From the NCBI GenBank assembly GCA_963812135.1, contig CAWETU010000001.1, forward strand, positions 1,824,001 to 1,888,000: DNA of 64,000 bases. Reading direction: 5' to 3'. The DNA is from Vulcanimicrobiota bacterium (GTDB taxonomy: Bacteria; Vulcanimicrobiota; Vulcanimicrobiia; Eremiobacterales; Eremiobacteraceae). The notes under the pieces were generated by a model that saw only the letters and a program-made list of their open reading frames with translations, ran no database searches and had not been told where the DNA came from. The stretch's first letter is position 1. Each line of letters begins with the position of its first letter. This document shows, piece by piece, positions 40,962 through 50,163 of the stretch. The translations under genes were made by a program, and so were the position numbers.

Positions 40962-42521
40962 ATGCACCGATTTTCGACTACCCTGCGTTTTTGGGTTGCG
41001 TTTGCCGTACTGCTCGCGTGCTTCGTTCCCGCGCTCCAGGCACGCGCGGTCGAGCCCGACCCCAGTCCGACACACGGCGCGACCGCCTCTCCGAAACCGG
41101 AATCGTCGGAATCATCGGAGATCACGACGCATCATAGCGCGCAGATCGGCGGCCGCTCCATCGCCTACACGGCCACGGCCGGGACCATCACGCTGCGCGA
41201 CAACGACGGCACGCCCACCGCCTCCATGTTCTACGTCGCCTACACGGAAGATGGCGCTGACCTGCATCGCCGGCCGGTGACCTTCTTCTATAATGGCGGA
41301 CCGGGTTCGTCGACCATCTGGCTGCACATGGGGTCGTTCGCTCCCAAACGCGTCGCCGTCGGCAATCCGGGGTCGATTCCCGGCGCGCCGTATAAGCTCG
41401 TCGACAACGAATACAGCTTGCTGGATAGGTCCGATCTCGTCTTCGTCGACGCGCCTGCGACCGGTTTCTCCAAGCTGCTCGGCAAGTCCAAAGGCAAGGA
41501 TTTTTTTGGCATCGATCAGGACGCGGCCGCGTTCGGACAGTTCATCGAGCGCTTCCTGACCAAACACAGCCGTTGGAATTCCCCGAAGTTCTTGTTCGGC
41601 GAGAGCTACGGCACGACGCGTTCGTGCGCGCTTGCGGCGTGGCTGGAGACCCACGACATCGACGTCAACGGCGTGGTGCTGCTCTCATCGGCGCTCCACT
41701 TCTTGCAGTTCGCGGGCGGCGACGGCAACGACATGCCGTACATCACATACGTGCCGACCGAGGCGGCGGTGGCGTGGTACCACCACAAACTCTCGAATGC
41801 TCCCCAGGACGTGGCGACGTTGGTGCGCTCGGCCGAAGCCTTCGCCACCGGCGAATACGCCACCGCGCTCGCGCAAGGCAGCTCCCTGAATCCGGCGACG
41901 CGCGACGAGATCGTCCGCAAGCTGCACAACTACATCGGGATCAGCGAGAACTATCTGCGCCGGGCGAACTTACGCATTGAGCCTGAGGAATTCGAGAAAC
42001 AGTTGCTCGGATCGAGCTATCGGATCGCAGGGCGCTACGACGCTCGGTTCGTCGGCGTCGACATCAGCCCGAACGCGCAAGTGCCGGACTACGATCCGTC
42101 ATACACGTACGTCGCGTCGGCATTCCTGTCGACGTTCAACGATTATGTCCGCACCGACCTCGGCTATCACACCGACGCGATCTACGAGCCGCTGCACGAC
42201 CTCGGCGATTGGGACCTCAAGCGCACCGGTCAAGCGGGCAACCTCGCGACCGGCGACGTGCTGCCGGACCTCAAGCTGGCGATGACCACCAACCCGCATC
42301 TACGGGTCTTCTCGGCGAACGGCTACTACGACATGGCGACGCCGTTTTTTGCGACGCAGTATCTGATCGACCATGCGGGTCTGGACCCGTCGCTGCTCGG
42401 CCACGTGCAGTACGGCTACTATTCCGCCGGCCATATGGTCTATACCAACCCGTCAGCGCTCGCCGCGTTCAAGGCGGATCTTGGACGTTGGTACGACGCC
42501 GTGCTTTCTGAAGGTGGTTGA
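40962..42521 (+). CDS. Secreted S10-family serine carboxypeptidase
   Basis: NGGPGSS, GESYG, GYYD.ATP, AGHM. Confidence 0.92.
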   Translation: MHRFSTTLRFWVAFAVLLACFVPALQARAVEPDPSPTHGATASPKPESSESSEITTHHSAQIGGRSIAYTATAGTITLRDNDGTPTASMFYVAYTEDGADLHRRPVTFFYNGGPGSSTIWLHMGSFAPKRVAVGNPGSIPGAPYKLVDNEYSLLDRSDLVFVDAPATGFSKLLGKSKGKDFFGIDQDAAAFGQFIERFLTKHSRWNSPKFLFGESYGTTRSCALAAWLETHDIDVNGVVLLSSALHFLQFAGGDGNDMPYITYVPTEAAVAWYHHKLSNAPQDVATLVRSAEAFATGEYATALAQGSSLNPATRDEIVRKLHNYIGISENYLRRANLRIEPEEFEKQLLGSSYRIAGRYDARFVGVDISPNAQVPDYDPSYTYVASAFLSTFNDYVRTDLGYHTDAIYEPLHDLGDWDLKRTGQAGNLATGDVLPDLKLAMTTNPHLRVFSANGYYDMATPFFATQYLIDHAGLDPSLLGHVQYGYYSAGHMVYTNPSALAAFKADLGRWYDAVLSEGG

Positions 42522-42522
42522 C

Positions 42523-44109
42523 ATGCGGCGCACACTGTTGCTGGTTCTCGTGCTTTGCGTGCCGTCGCTGGCGAGTGCCAGCAGTATGAGCATGAACTCG
42601 TCTGCACCGTATGCGCGCCAACATCACGCCGTTTCCACGTCGAGCGCGCAGGCGCAGTCGTATTTCGATCAGGGCCTGACGTTGCTGTACTCGTTCAACC
42701 GCGCGGCGGCGCGCCACGCCTTCGAGCAAGCCGCGCACGCCGACCCGCACCTGGCGATGGCGCAGTGGGGCGTCGCGATGACCTATGGCTCTAACATCAA
42801 CGTGTCGGTTGATGAAGCAGGCGAGCGGTCGGCGTATGTCGCGTTGCAGCGCGCGAAGGCACTTGAACCCAGCGCGAACGAGTTGGACCGGGCGTGGATC
42901 AGCGCGCTTGCCGCGCGTTACACGAACGCGCCAAAAGCAGATTTCGCGAAACTGGACGCCGCCTATGCGGCCGCGATGAAAGCGCTGGTCGCCAAGTACC
43001 CGGACGATCTTGACGCAGCCACGATGTACGCCGAAAGCCTGATGGATCTGAAGCCATGGGCGCTGTATACCCCGCAGGGAACGCCGGTTTCGGGGACCCA
43101 GACGATCGTCGCCGTGCTCGAGTCGGTCATGCGGCGCGACCCCAATCATATCGGCGCGAACCACTTCTACATCCATGCGACCGAGGCGTCGACCGCGCCG
43201 GAACGCGCGCTCATCGCCGCGTCGCGGTTGAGTTCGATGTCGTTCGAGCCTGCTGCGGCGCATCTCGTCCACATGCCAGCGCATACCTACATGCGGACGG
43301 GCGCATTTGAGTCTGCGGTGATGAGCAACGAGCACGCGACGCAACACGACCGCGCATATCTGGCCGCGAACGAGGATCGTGAAGCGTCGGGCTATTACGC
43401 GCACAACCTAACGATGCTCGCGTACGGCTACGGCATGCAGGGCGTCAGCGCGGGCGCTGCTGCGACGCAAAAGCGTCTCGCGGATTCAGGCGCGATGGTG
43501 CCCGCCATGTACGTGCCGCTGCGCTTTGGAAACTGGAGCGAGATCCTCGCATCCTCGCAACCGGCCGAATCGCCGGACGAGCCCATGCGCGTCGCCTTTT
43601 GGCATTTCAGCCGCGGTATGGCGTATGTAGCGACCGGGGATCGCGCGCACGCGCGGATCGAGCTCGATGAGGTCAAGTCGGCGAGCGCCACCATCAAGAT
43701 GCCGCAGATCTCGGGCTATACCAACAGCTCGGCAAATCTGCTCGAGATCGCCCAAGACGAGCTCGGCGCGAAGATCGCGCAGGCAGGCGGGGATTCTGCC
43801 GCAGCGGTGGCGCTGCTCGAGGATGGCGTCAAGACGCAGGATGGGTTGATCTACATCGAGCCACCCGATTGGTACCACCCAGTACGCGAGTCGCTCGGCG
43901 GTTTGCTCGTGCAGTTACATCGCTATAGCGAGGCCGAAGCTGTCTTCCGCGCCGATCTACAGCACAACCCTCGCAATCCACGTTCGTTGTTCGGACTCGC
44001 CGCGGCGCTTGACGGCCTCGGCCGCACGAGCGATGCGCAGCTCGTACGCCAGCAATTCACCTCGGCGTGGCAATACGCCGACACGAAGCTGACGGTCGAC
44101 GCCCTCTAG
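42523..44109 (+). CDS. Secreted TPR-like protein
   Basis: AQ.YFDQG, H.GANHFYIH, HLVHMPAH, EPP.W..PVR. Confidence 0.8.
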   Translation: MRRTLLLVLVLCVPSLASASSMSMNSSAPYARQHHAVSTSSAQAQSYFDQGLTLLYSFNRAAARHAFEQAAHADPHLAMAQWGVAMTYGSNINVSVDEAGERSAYVALQRAKALEPSANELDRAWISALAARYTNAPKADFAKLDAAYAAAMKALVAKYPDDLDAATMYAESLMDLKPWALYTPQGTPVSGTQTIVAVLESVMRRDPNHIGANHFYIHATEASTAPERALIAASRLSSMSFEPAAAHLVHMPAHTYMRTGAFESAVMSNEHATQHDRAYLAANEDREASGYYAHNLTMLAYGYGMQGVSAGAAATQKRLADSGAMVPAMYVPLRFGNWSEILASSQPAESPDEPMRVAFWHFSRGMAYVATGDRAHARIELDEVKSASATIKMPQISGYTNSSANLLEIAQDELGAKIAQAGGDSAAAVALLEDGVKTQDGLIYIEPPDWYHPVRESLGGLLVQLHRYSEAEAVFRADLQHNPRNPRSLFGLAAALDGLGRTSDAQLVRQQFTSAWQYADTKLTVDAL

Positions 44110-44112
44110 GCG

Positions 44113-46125
44113 CTAATCGTTGTCGGGTTTTGCGCGCGGAGGTGGGCTCGGTTTATCTCCCTCGACCTTCTTCGCCGCTCCGCCGTCGCCAAGATAACGC
44201 ATCGCGCTGGCTGCCAGTCCCTCGAGCGCTCCGTTACCGCCTCCTGTGACGAGGATGTCGGGCACGAAGCGCGCGTTGCCCTCGGAGAGCGATGCGACGA
44301 CATTCACCAACGCCGTGGCGTTCGAGCCGAGCGCCTTCACCTGCGCCTCATAGCCGAGCGCGCGCGCGAGCCCGACGGCTTGCACCTCCGCGCCACGCGC
44401 GGTGCCGGTCTGGCGGATGTATTCGGCGTCGCCGCGACCTTCTTCGACGCGGCCGTTCGCATTGTTCGTCTTGATGTCGACGCCGACTTTTGATTTCGCA
44501 AGCTCGGCTTGCATCTCCGCAGTGCCTTTCGCGTTTTCCATAGAGATGCGCTCGTCTTGCGCCGCGCGCTGCTTCTGGAACGTCGCGATCTCTTGATTCG
44601 CGATCTCGCGCTGCGTGAGCACGCGGACGAGCTCTTCGGGCAAGATGACGTCCTGGATGTAGACGCCGCGCGTCTCGACCCGATATTGCTCGAGCTGTTC
44701 CCGGATATGGCGAAACGCTTCTTCTTGCACCATTTGGCGGGTCTCTATGAACTTGACCGCGGGCATGCTCTGTAGTTTGTCGCGGAAATGGTTGCCGACC
44801 GCCGCTTGCAGCACTTCGTTGACCAAGTTCATCATCGTGCCGACCATCGAGATCACGCGCGGCGCGTTCGTGTCCGGTACGTGGATCTGCACTTGCAGGT
44901 CGATATGGAACACGAAGCCTTCGCTGCTCTTGGCGACGATCTGCTGCAGCTGGGCGTCGAGGTTGTGCGCGGCCGACACCGCGTCTGCCCAGTTGAGCGT
45001 GAGGATCGACGTCGGTACGATCTCCGCTTGGTAGCAGCGCGGGTTGAGCGGATATTTTCCGGTGCGCAGCGGTTCTTGCCAGATGCCGCGATGGCCGGCG
45101 CGGACGAGCGAGCCGAACTTGAATTCGGCGCCGGATGTGTCTTGGGTGGGCAGTCCGACGTAGGCTTTGATCACGGCGACCTGTCCCTGTTGCACGACCA
45201 GCATCGGCACGATCTCCACGCCGACCAGGAACGGGTTCAGGGCGTATGCGCCGTAGAGCAGCGGATCGTGCTGCAACCCGATGCGGCCGCCGTTGTCGAG
45301 AAACGCTTGGAAGTCCTGATAGTTGTTATGCAGTTTGTTCTTGCTGCCGAGAAGGATTTCGATGATCTCGACATCCGAGGCCGACGCCTTCTCCATTTCT
45401 TGGACGTCGTTGAAACCGCCGAGCCTGCTTGCGATGTCGCCTGAGGGCAGCGGATCGCCTTCGTAGGTCGTGATGATGCCGACGCTGTCTTGCGTCGCGC
45501 CGTCCCTGTCCGTCGCCTTTGGGACGATGCGAACCAAACTGAGCTGTTCAGGCCGCAGTCCATAGTCTTCCGGCGCGAGATCCTCGCGGCGGTTGCGTTT
45601 GCCGCGCAGCTCCGGTGACATCGGCAGGCCGTATATCTGCCGCTTCGTCAAGACGATGAAACCCACCGGATGGATCGGCACAAGCGAGCCTGGCGGGAGC
45701 ACCGGGCGCTGGACGCCTTTTTGTCCGCCGCGCGTGATGAATGTTCTCAGATCGCCGAAGTTGTCGAATTCTTTCTTATAGACGGCTGACTTCGCGCCGA
45801 TCGGCAGCGGCCCGCCTGCTTGCGCGATGACGACGCCGATCTCTCCGGCGGGCACCTGCACCCACGGAAACTTTTCGACCTGATAAAGAATCCATGGCTT
45901 CCAGCGCAAGCCCGGCATCAACAGATCGGCTTGATATCCCGCTTCGCCGTGAAAGGCGATCGGATTGTCGTCTTTGAGCTTGCTCAGCGAAAAGCGCTTG
46001 AGGACAAGACCGACTTCGCTCGGCCCGATGCGCCGAATCGATAGGAAGAAGTGCAAAACGAAAAGACCGACCGCTAGCCATATGAAGAACCATAGCCAGT
46101 CGGCCGGCGCAAACCCGGAAACCAT
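44113..46125 (-). CDS. SPFH/flotillin-like membrane protein
   Basis: N-terminal TM, repeated KG.Q...L.PG-like units, SPFH core, coiled-coil C-terminus. Confidence 0.85.
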   Translation of the reverse strand: MVSGFAPADWLWFFIWLAVGLFVLHFFLSIRRIGPSEVGLVLKRFSLSKLKDDNPIAFHGEAGYQADLLMPGLRWKPWILYQVEKFPWVQVPAGEIGVVIAQAGGPLPIGAKSAVYKKEFDNFGDLRTFITRGGQKGVQRPVLPPGSLVPIHPVGFIVLTKRQIYGLPMSPELRGKRNRREDLAPEDYGLRPEQLSLVRIVPKATDRDGATQDSVGIITTYEGDPLPSGDIASRLGGFNDVQEMEKASASDVEIIEILLGSKNKLHNNYQDFQAFLDNGGRIGLQHDPLLYGAYALNPFLVGVEIVPMLVVQQGQVAVIKAYVGLPTQDTSGAEFKFGSLVRAGHRGIWQEPLRTGKYPLNPRCYQAEIVPTSILTLNWADAVSAAHNLDAQLQQIVAKSSEGFVFHIDLQVQIHVPDTNAPRVISMVGTMMNLVNEVLQAAVGNHFRDKLQSMPAVKFIETRQMVQEEAFRHIREQLEQYRVETRGVYIQDVILPEELVRVLTQREIANQEIATFQKQRAAQDERISMENAKGTAEMQAELAKSKVGVDIKTNNANGRVEEGRGDAEYIRQTGTARGAEVQAVGLARALGYEAQVKALGSNATALVNVVASLSEGNARFVPDILVTGGGNGALEGLAASAMRYLGDGGAAKKVEGDKPSPPPRAKPDND

Positions 46126-46285
46126 TGTAAGTCCACTCCTTGCAGAAGCGGCAGCGTCCTTTTGTGGGGACTTTGGCTGGTCCTCTACCGCGCGGTGCGA
46201 CGCGTCGGGAAAGAAAAAGTCCTCGAGCTTCGCTCGAGGACCACACCCAGATGTTCGGTCGAGCGAGCTCGGCCTCTACATCATC

Positions 46286-46933
46286 CTAATAGAGCTCGAC
46301 TTCGCTGAGATTCTTTTCGATCTTGCGCTTGACGCGCTGTAGTGCGTTGTCGATCGACTTGACGTGGCGGTTGAGATCGCGCGCCATCTCTTGGTACGAC
46401 TTGCCCTCGAGATAGCTCAGCAGCACCTGCGACTCGAGGTCGCTCAGGTTCTCCTGGATCCGCTCCTTGATGTCTTCCGAAACCTCTTGGTTGATGACCA
46501 GTTCTTCCGGATCCGACATCTTGGCGCTCGCCATGACGTCAAGCAGCGTCCGCTCGCTGTCCTCGTCGTAGATCGGCTTGTTCAGCGAGATGTATTGGTT
46601 GAGCGGGATGTGCTTCTGCCGCGTGGCCGTCTTGATGGCCGTGATGATCTGACGCGTGATGCACAGCTCCGCGAATGCCCGAAAAGACGACAGTTTGTCG
46701 GCCCGGAAGTCACGGACGGCCTTGTACAGGCCGATCATGCCTTCTTGGATGATATCTTCGCGATCCGCACCGATCAGGAAGTAGCTCTTGGCCTTGATCC
46801 GGACGAAGTTCTTGTACTTGTTGAGCAGAAACTCCATGGCCAGATTGTCGCCGCACTTGGCCGCATTGACGAGTTCTTCGTCCGCTCGCTCGCTGTAGTC
46901 CAGGGTGTCTTCCGTTTGATGAAGAGCTCCCAA
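46286..46933 (-). CDS. sigH: Sigma-H-type RNA polymerase sigma factor
   Basis: YFLIGADREDIIQEGMIGLYKA, TATRQKHIPLN, KSIDNALQRVKRK. Confidence 0.95.
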   Translation of the reverse strand: MGALHQTEDTLDYSERADEELVNAAKCGDNLAMEFLLNKYKNFVRIKAKSYFLIGADREDIIQEGMIGLYKAVRDFRADKLSSFRAFAELCITRQIITAIKTATRQKHIPLNQYISLNKPIYDEDSERTLLDVMASAKMSDPEELVINQEVSEDIKERIQENLSDLESQVLLSYLEGKSYQEMARDLNRHVKSIDNALQRVKRKIEKNLSEVELY

Positions 46934-46994
46934 AGTGTTGATGAACCTCCCAGCCCATGTCTGGCATTCTTATGCCTGCATTATGTCCCTACCG

Positions 46995-47023
46995 ATTATA
47001 GGGGGAGGCTCCTCTTTCGTCAA
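46995..47023 (-). promoter_or_regulatory. Sigma70 promoter of sigH
   Basis: TTGACG-N17-TATAAT. Confidence 0.75.
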
Positions 47024-47057
47024 GGATTGACGGGACTTTGCGCATTTGTGCCGATTT

Positions 47058-47810
47058 TCACAAGCCGGCCGCGCTACGCTGACGTAATACCTCATACAAC
47101 ACGACCGCAGTCGCCGCTGCCGCGTTGAGCGATGCGACCTTGCCGAGCATCGGGATCGAGACCAAAAAGTCGCAACGCTCAGACACCAGGCGCGATAAGC
47201 CTTTGCCCTCGCTGCCGACCACCAGGGTGCACTTCCCCTTGAAGTCCGCCTGCGTGTACGGGCGCGCCTCGGGGCGGTTGGAGAGCCCGCTTACCCAATG
47301 GCCGTCGGCCTTGAGGTCTTCCAGCACCCGCACCAAATTCGGGACAACAGCCACTGGCAGGTGGGACGCAGCCCCGGCAGCCGCCCGCCTGGTCGCTGCC
47401 GTCACCCCCGCCGCGCGGCGATCGGGAATCACGAGGCCATGGGCCCCCGCGCTTTCGGCGGCGCGCATGATCGCCCCCAAGTTCTGCGGGTCTTCGATAT
47501 GATCGGCTACCACGATCAGCGCGTCGTTCTTGCCGGCGATGCGCCGGCGCAGCTGCGCCCACTCTGCCGGCTCGAACGCGGCGACCGTCGCCGCGACGTG
47601 CTGATGGCGGACGTTTCCAAAACGCCTGAAAAAGCTCTCCGGTTCGATCTTGATGGCGATACCGCGGTGCTTGGCCTCGTTCACGATCTCTTTGAGCGCC
47701 GGGTCATTTTGACGGTGCTGCGCGATCGCGATCCGTTTCACCGACTCGCCGCCGGCAAGCGCTTCCGACACGGAGTGGATGCCGACGATCGTCTCGTCAG
47801 CTTCCGCCAT
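47058..47810 (-). CDS. rlmB: 23S rRNA Gm2251 methyltransferase
   Basis: DPQNLGAI.R, GSEG.G, IPM.G..SLN. Confidence 0.92.
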   Translation of the reverse strand: MAEADETIVGIHSVSEALAGGESVKRIAIAQHRQNDPALKEIVNEAKHRGIAIKIEPESFFRRFGNVRHQHVAATVAAFEPAEWAQLRRRIAGKNDALIVVADHIEDPQNLGAIMRAAESAGAHGLVIPDRRAAGVTAATRRAAAGAASHLPVAVVPNLVRVLEDLKADGHWVSGLSNRPEARPYTQADFKGKCTLVVGSEGKGLSRLVSERCDFLVSIPMLGKVASLNAAAATAVVLYEVLRQRSAAGL

Positions 47811-49272
47811 CGACGCTCCACTGCGAGCCTTGCGCGGTGTCTTTCACCGCGATGCCCGCGCGCGCGAGCGCATCGCGCAGCGTATCGGATTTCTTCCAAT
47901 CCTTGGCGAGGCGCGCTTTGTCGCGCAGCGCGACGACTTTCTCCACAAGCTCGATGTCCGGAGCGTCTCGCTCGCCCGCGATGATCGAGAGCGCGATGCG
48001 CGCGGCGTGATTCAACTTGACCTGTGAGGATTGCGGTGCGACCCCGGCGCGCTCGGCGTCCGGCGGCAAGCCCAGCCGCTCTAAAGACTGTTCGGCCGTC
48101 GCGACGACGTGCGCCGCGCGCGCCGCGTCCGCACCCGCTTTAAGCGCGCCTTTGATGTATGTCTGCAGCCATCCGACGGCGCCCGCGGTGTTGAGGTCGT
48201 CGTCCAAGAACGCGTTGAACTCCTCAATATCTGTAGCGGTCGAATTTATTCCGGCGGCCGACGACGCCGGTTTTGCATTCTCGCGCAGCTTTTCGAGATC
48301 CACGTACAATCCGCGCAGACCCTTGCCCGCGGCTTCGATCGATTCGGTCGTGAAGTTGGACGGCTTGCGATAACCGGTCTGCAAGAAGAGGTAGCGGATC
48401 ACCGCGGCGGGATAGCGGTCGAGCATCTGCGCGAGCGGGATGAAGTTGCCGAGCGATTTGCTCATCTTCTGCCCGTCGACGTTGAGCAAACCGGCGTGCA
48501 CCCAGAAATTGGCCATCGGGTGTTTACCGGTGAACGTTTCGGTCTGCGCGACTTCGTTCTCGTGATGCGGGAAGATCAGGTCAGCGGCACCGCCATGGAT
48601 GTCGATCTGATCGCCGAGATAATCGCGAACCATCGCCGAGCACTCGACATGCCACCCCGGACGGCCCGGACCCCAGGGGCTCGGCCAACTCGGCTCGCCG
48701 GGTTTGGCTTTTTTCCACAGCGCGAAGTCGAGCCGGCCGCGTTTGTCCTCGCGCACGGCCATGCGCACGCCCGCGCGCAGCTCTTCGATGCTCTGATTGC
48801 TGAGCTCGCCGTAACGCGGAAACACGCCCTCGTCGACCGCGAAGTAGACGCCATCGCCCGATTCGTACGCCGCGCCCTTGGCGACCAGCCCAGCGATCAG
48901 TTCTATAATGGAAGCGATTTCTTGCGTCGCGCGCGGTTCTCGGTCAGGCGGCGTCAGTCCAAGACGCTTGGCGCTCGCCTCATATTCGGCGAGATAACGC
49001 GTGGCGACGTCGTCCCATGGCACGCCTTCGGTCTTCGCGCGATCGATGATGCGATCGTCGATGTCGGTGACGTTCTGCACGTACTCGACGTTGTAACCCC
49101 GCGCTTTGAGGTGGCGGCGCAGGACGTCGAACGTCAAGAACGTGCGTGCGTGACCGAGATGCGGATGAAAGCTCGGCGTCATGCCGCAGACATAGACCGT
49201 CACCCGCTTCGGATCGAGCGGCTGGAACTCATCGAGAGAACGGGTCCGGCTATTGTAGAGTCGGACTGCCAT
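47797..49272 (-). CDS. cysS: Cysteine--tRNA ligase
   Basis: YVCG.T, HLGH, DFALWK, GWHVEC, KMSKS. Confidence 0.97.
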   Translation of the reverse strand: MAVRLYNSRTRSLDEFQPLDPKRVTVYVCGMTPSFHPHLGHARTFLTFDVLRRHLKARGYNVEYVQNVTDIDDRIIDRAKTEGVPWDDVATRYLAEYEASAKRLGLTPPDREPRATQEIASIIELIAGLVAKGAAYESGDGVYFAVDEGVFPRYGELSNQSIEELRAGVRMAVREDKRGRLDFALWKKAKPGEPSWPSPWGPGRPGWHVECSAMVRDYLGDQIDIHGGAADLIFPHHENEVAQTETFTGKHPMANFWVHAGLLNVDGQKMSKSLGNFIPLAQMLDRYPAAVIRYLFLQTGYRKPSNFTTESIEAAGKGLRGLYVDLEKLRENAKPASSAAGINSTATDIEEFNAFLDDDLNTAGAVGWLQTYIKGALKAGADAARAAHVVATAEQSLERLGLPPDAERAGVAPQSSQVKLNHAARIALSIIAGERDAPDIELVEKVVALRDKARLAKDWKKSDTLRDALARAGIAVKDTAQGSQWSVDGGS

Positions 49273-49927
49273 CCGGCTCTTCGAGTTTCCGTATCTGTGC
49301 TTCGAGCGCTTCGACGCGTTGCTGGAGCGCCGCGATCGCGTCCGCTTGCGGGTCCGGCATGTCGACCCGCGGGATCACCGACTCGACTTGCTTGCCATCC
49401 CGATAGATCACGCGTCCGGGCACGCCGACGACGGTGGAATTCGGCGGCACCGACTTGACGACGACTGCGCCCGCGGCGATCTTTGATCCGGCGCCGACGG
49501 TGATCGCTCCGAGCACTGCTGCGCCGGCGCCGACGACGACGTTGTCTTCGAGCGTCGGGTGGCGCTTGCCGCGTTGCAGCGTTGTGCCGCCGAGCGTGAC
49601 GCCTTGGTACAGCGTGCAGTTCCTACCGATCTCCGACGTCTCTCCCAAGACGACGCCCATGCCGTGATCGATGAACAGGCCCGAGCCGATCTCAGCACCA
49701 GGGTGGATCTCGATGCCGGTGAGGAAGCGCGACCAGTTCGACAAGACCCGAGGGATCACGGGTAGTCCAAGCCGATGCAGCGGATGGACGATCACCCGAT
49801 GCCACACGATCGCGTGGAAGCCGGGATACGCGAGCAGCACTTCGAGCCCATTGCGCGCCGCCGGGTCGCGTTCGAAGCACGCCCGCCAGTCGAGGCGGAT
49901 TTGCCGGAATATCGAGTCTCGTTGCAT
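49250..49927 (-). CDS. cysE: Serine O-acetyltransferase
   Basis: RDPAA, GIEIHPGA, IDHG.G, KRHPT. Confidence 0.97.
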   Translation of the reverse strand: MQRDSIFRQIRLDWRACFERDPAARNGLEVLLAYPGFHAIVWHRVIVHPLHRLGLPVIPRVLSNWSRFLTGIEIHPGAEIGSGLFIDHGMGVVLGETSEIGRNCTLYQGVTLGGTTLQRGKRHPTLEDNVVVGAGAAVLGAITVGAGSKIAAGAVVVKSVPPNSTVVGVPGRVIYRDGKQVESVIPRVDMPDPQADAIAALQQRVEALEAQIRKLEEPDGSPTLQ

Positions 49928-50022
49928 GGTGTCGTCCTGCTTGTGGCTCGGCCCGTTACGGCCGGCTATTTCTCACGTGCGCGCAGCGGGCGCGCGACCG
50001 GGCTTGTGGCGCGAAGCGCCGG

Positions 50023-50112
50023 TCAACAACAGCAGGACAAGGCGATGGCCGGGCGGGTGCAGGCGGTGCGAACGTCGGCGGTGGCCATGATGCCCGTGAG
50101 TTCGCTCGCCAT
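50023..50112 (-). CDS. Putative cysE leader peptide MASELTGIMATADVRTACTRPAIALSCCC
   Basis: GGAGG SD, ATG 50112, ends TGC TGT TGT TGA upstream of cysE. Confidence 0.75.
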   Translation of the reverse strand: MASELTGIMATADVRTACTRPAIALSCCC

Positions 50113-50163
50113 GCTTGGCCGCCCTCCGGCTTCACCGACCGGTGCAGGGCCGAACCGCTTCTT

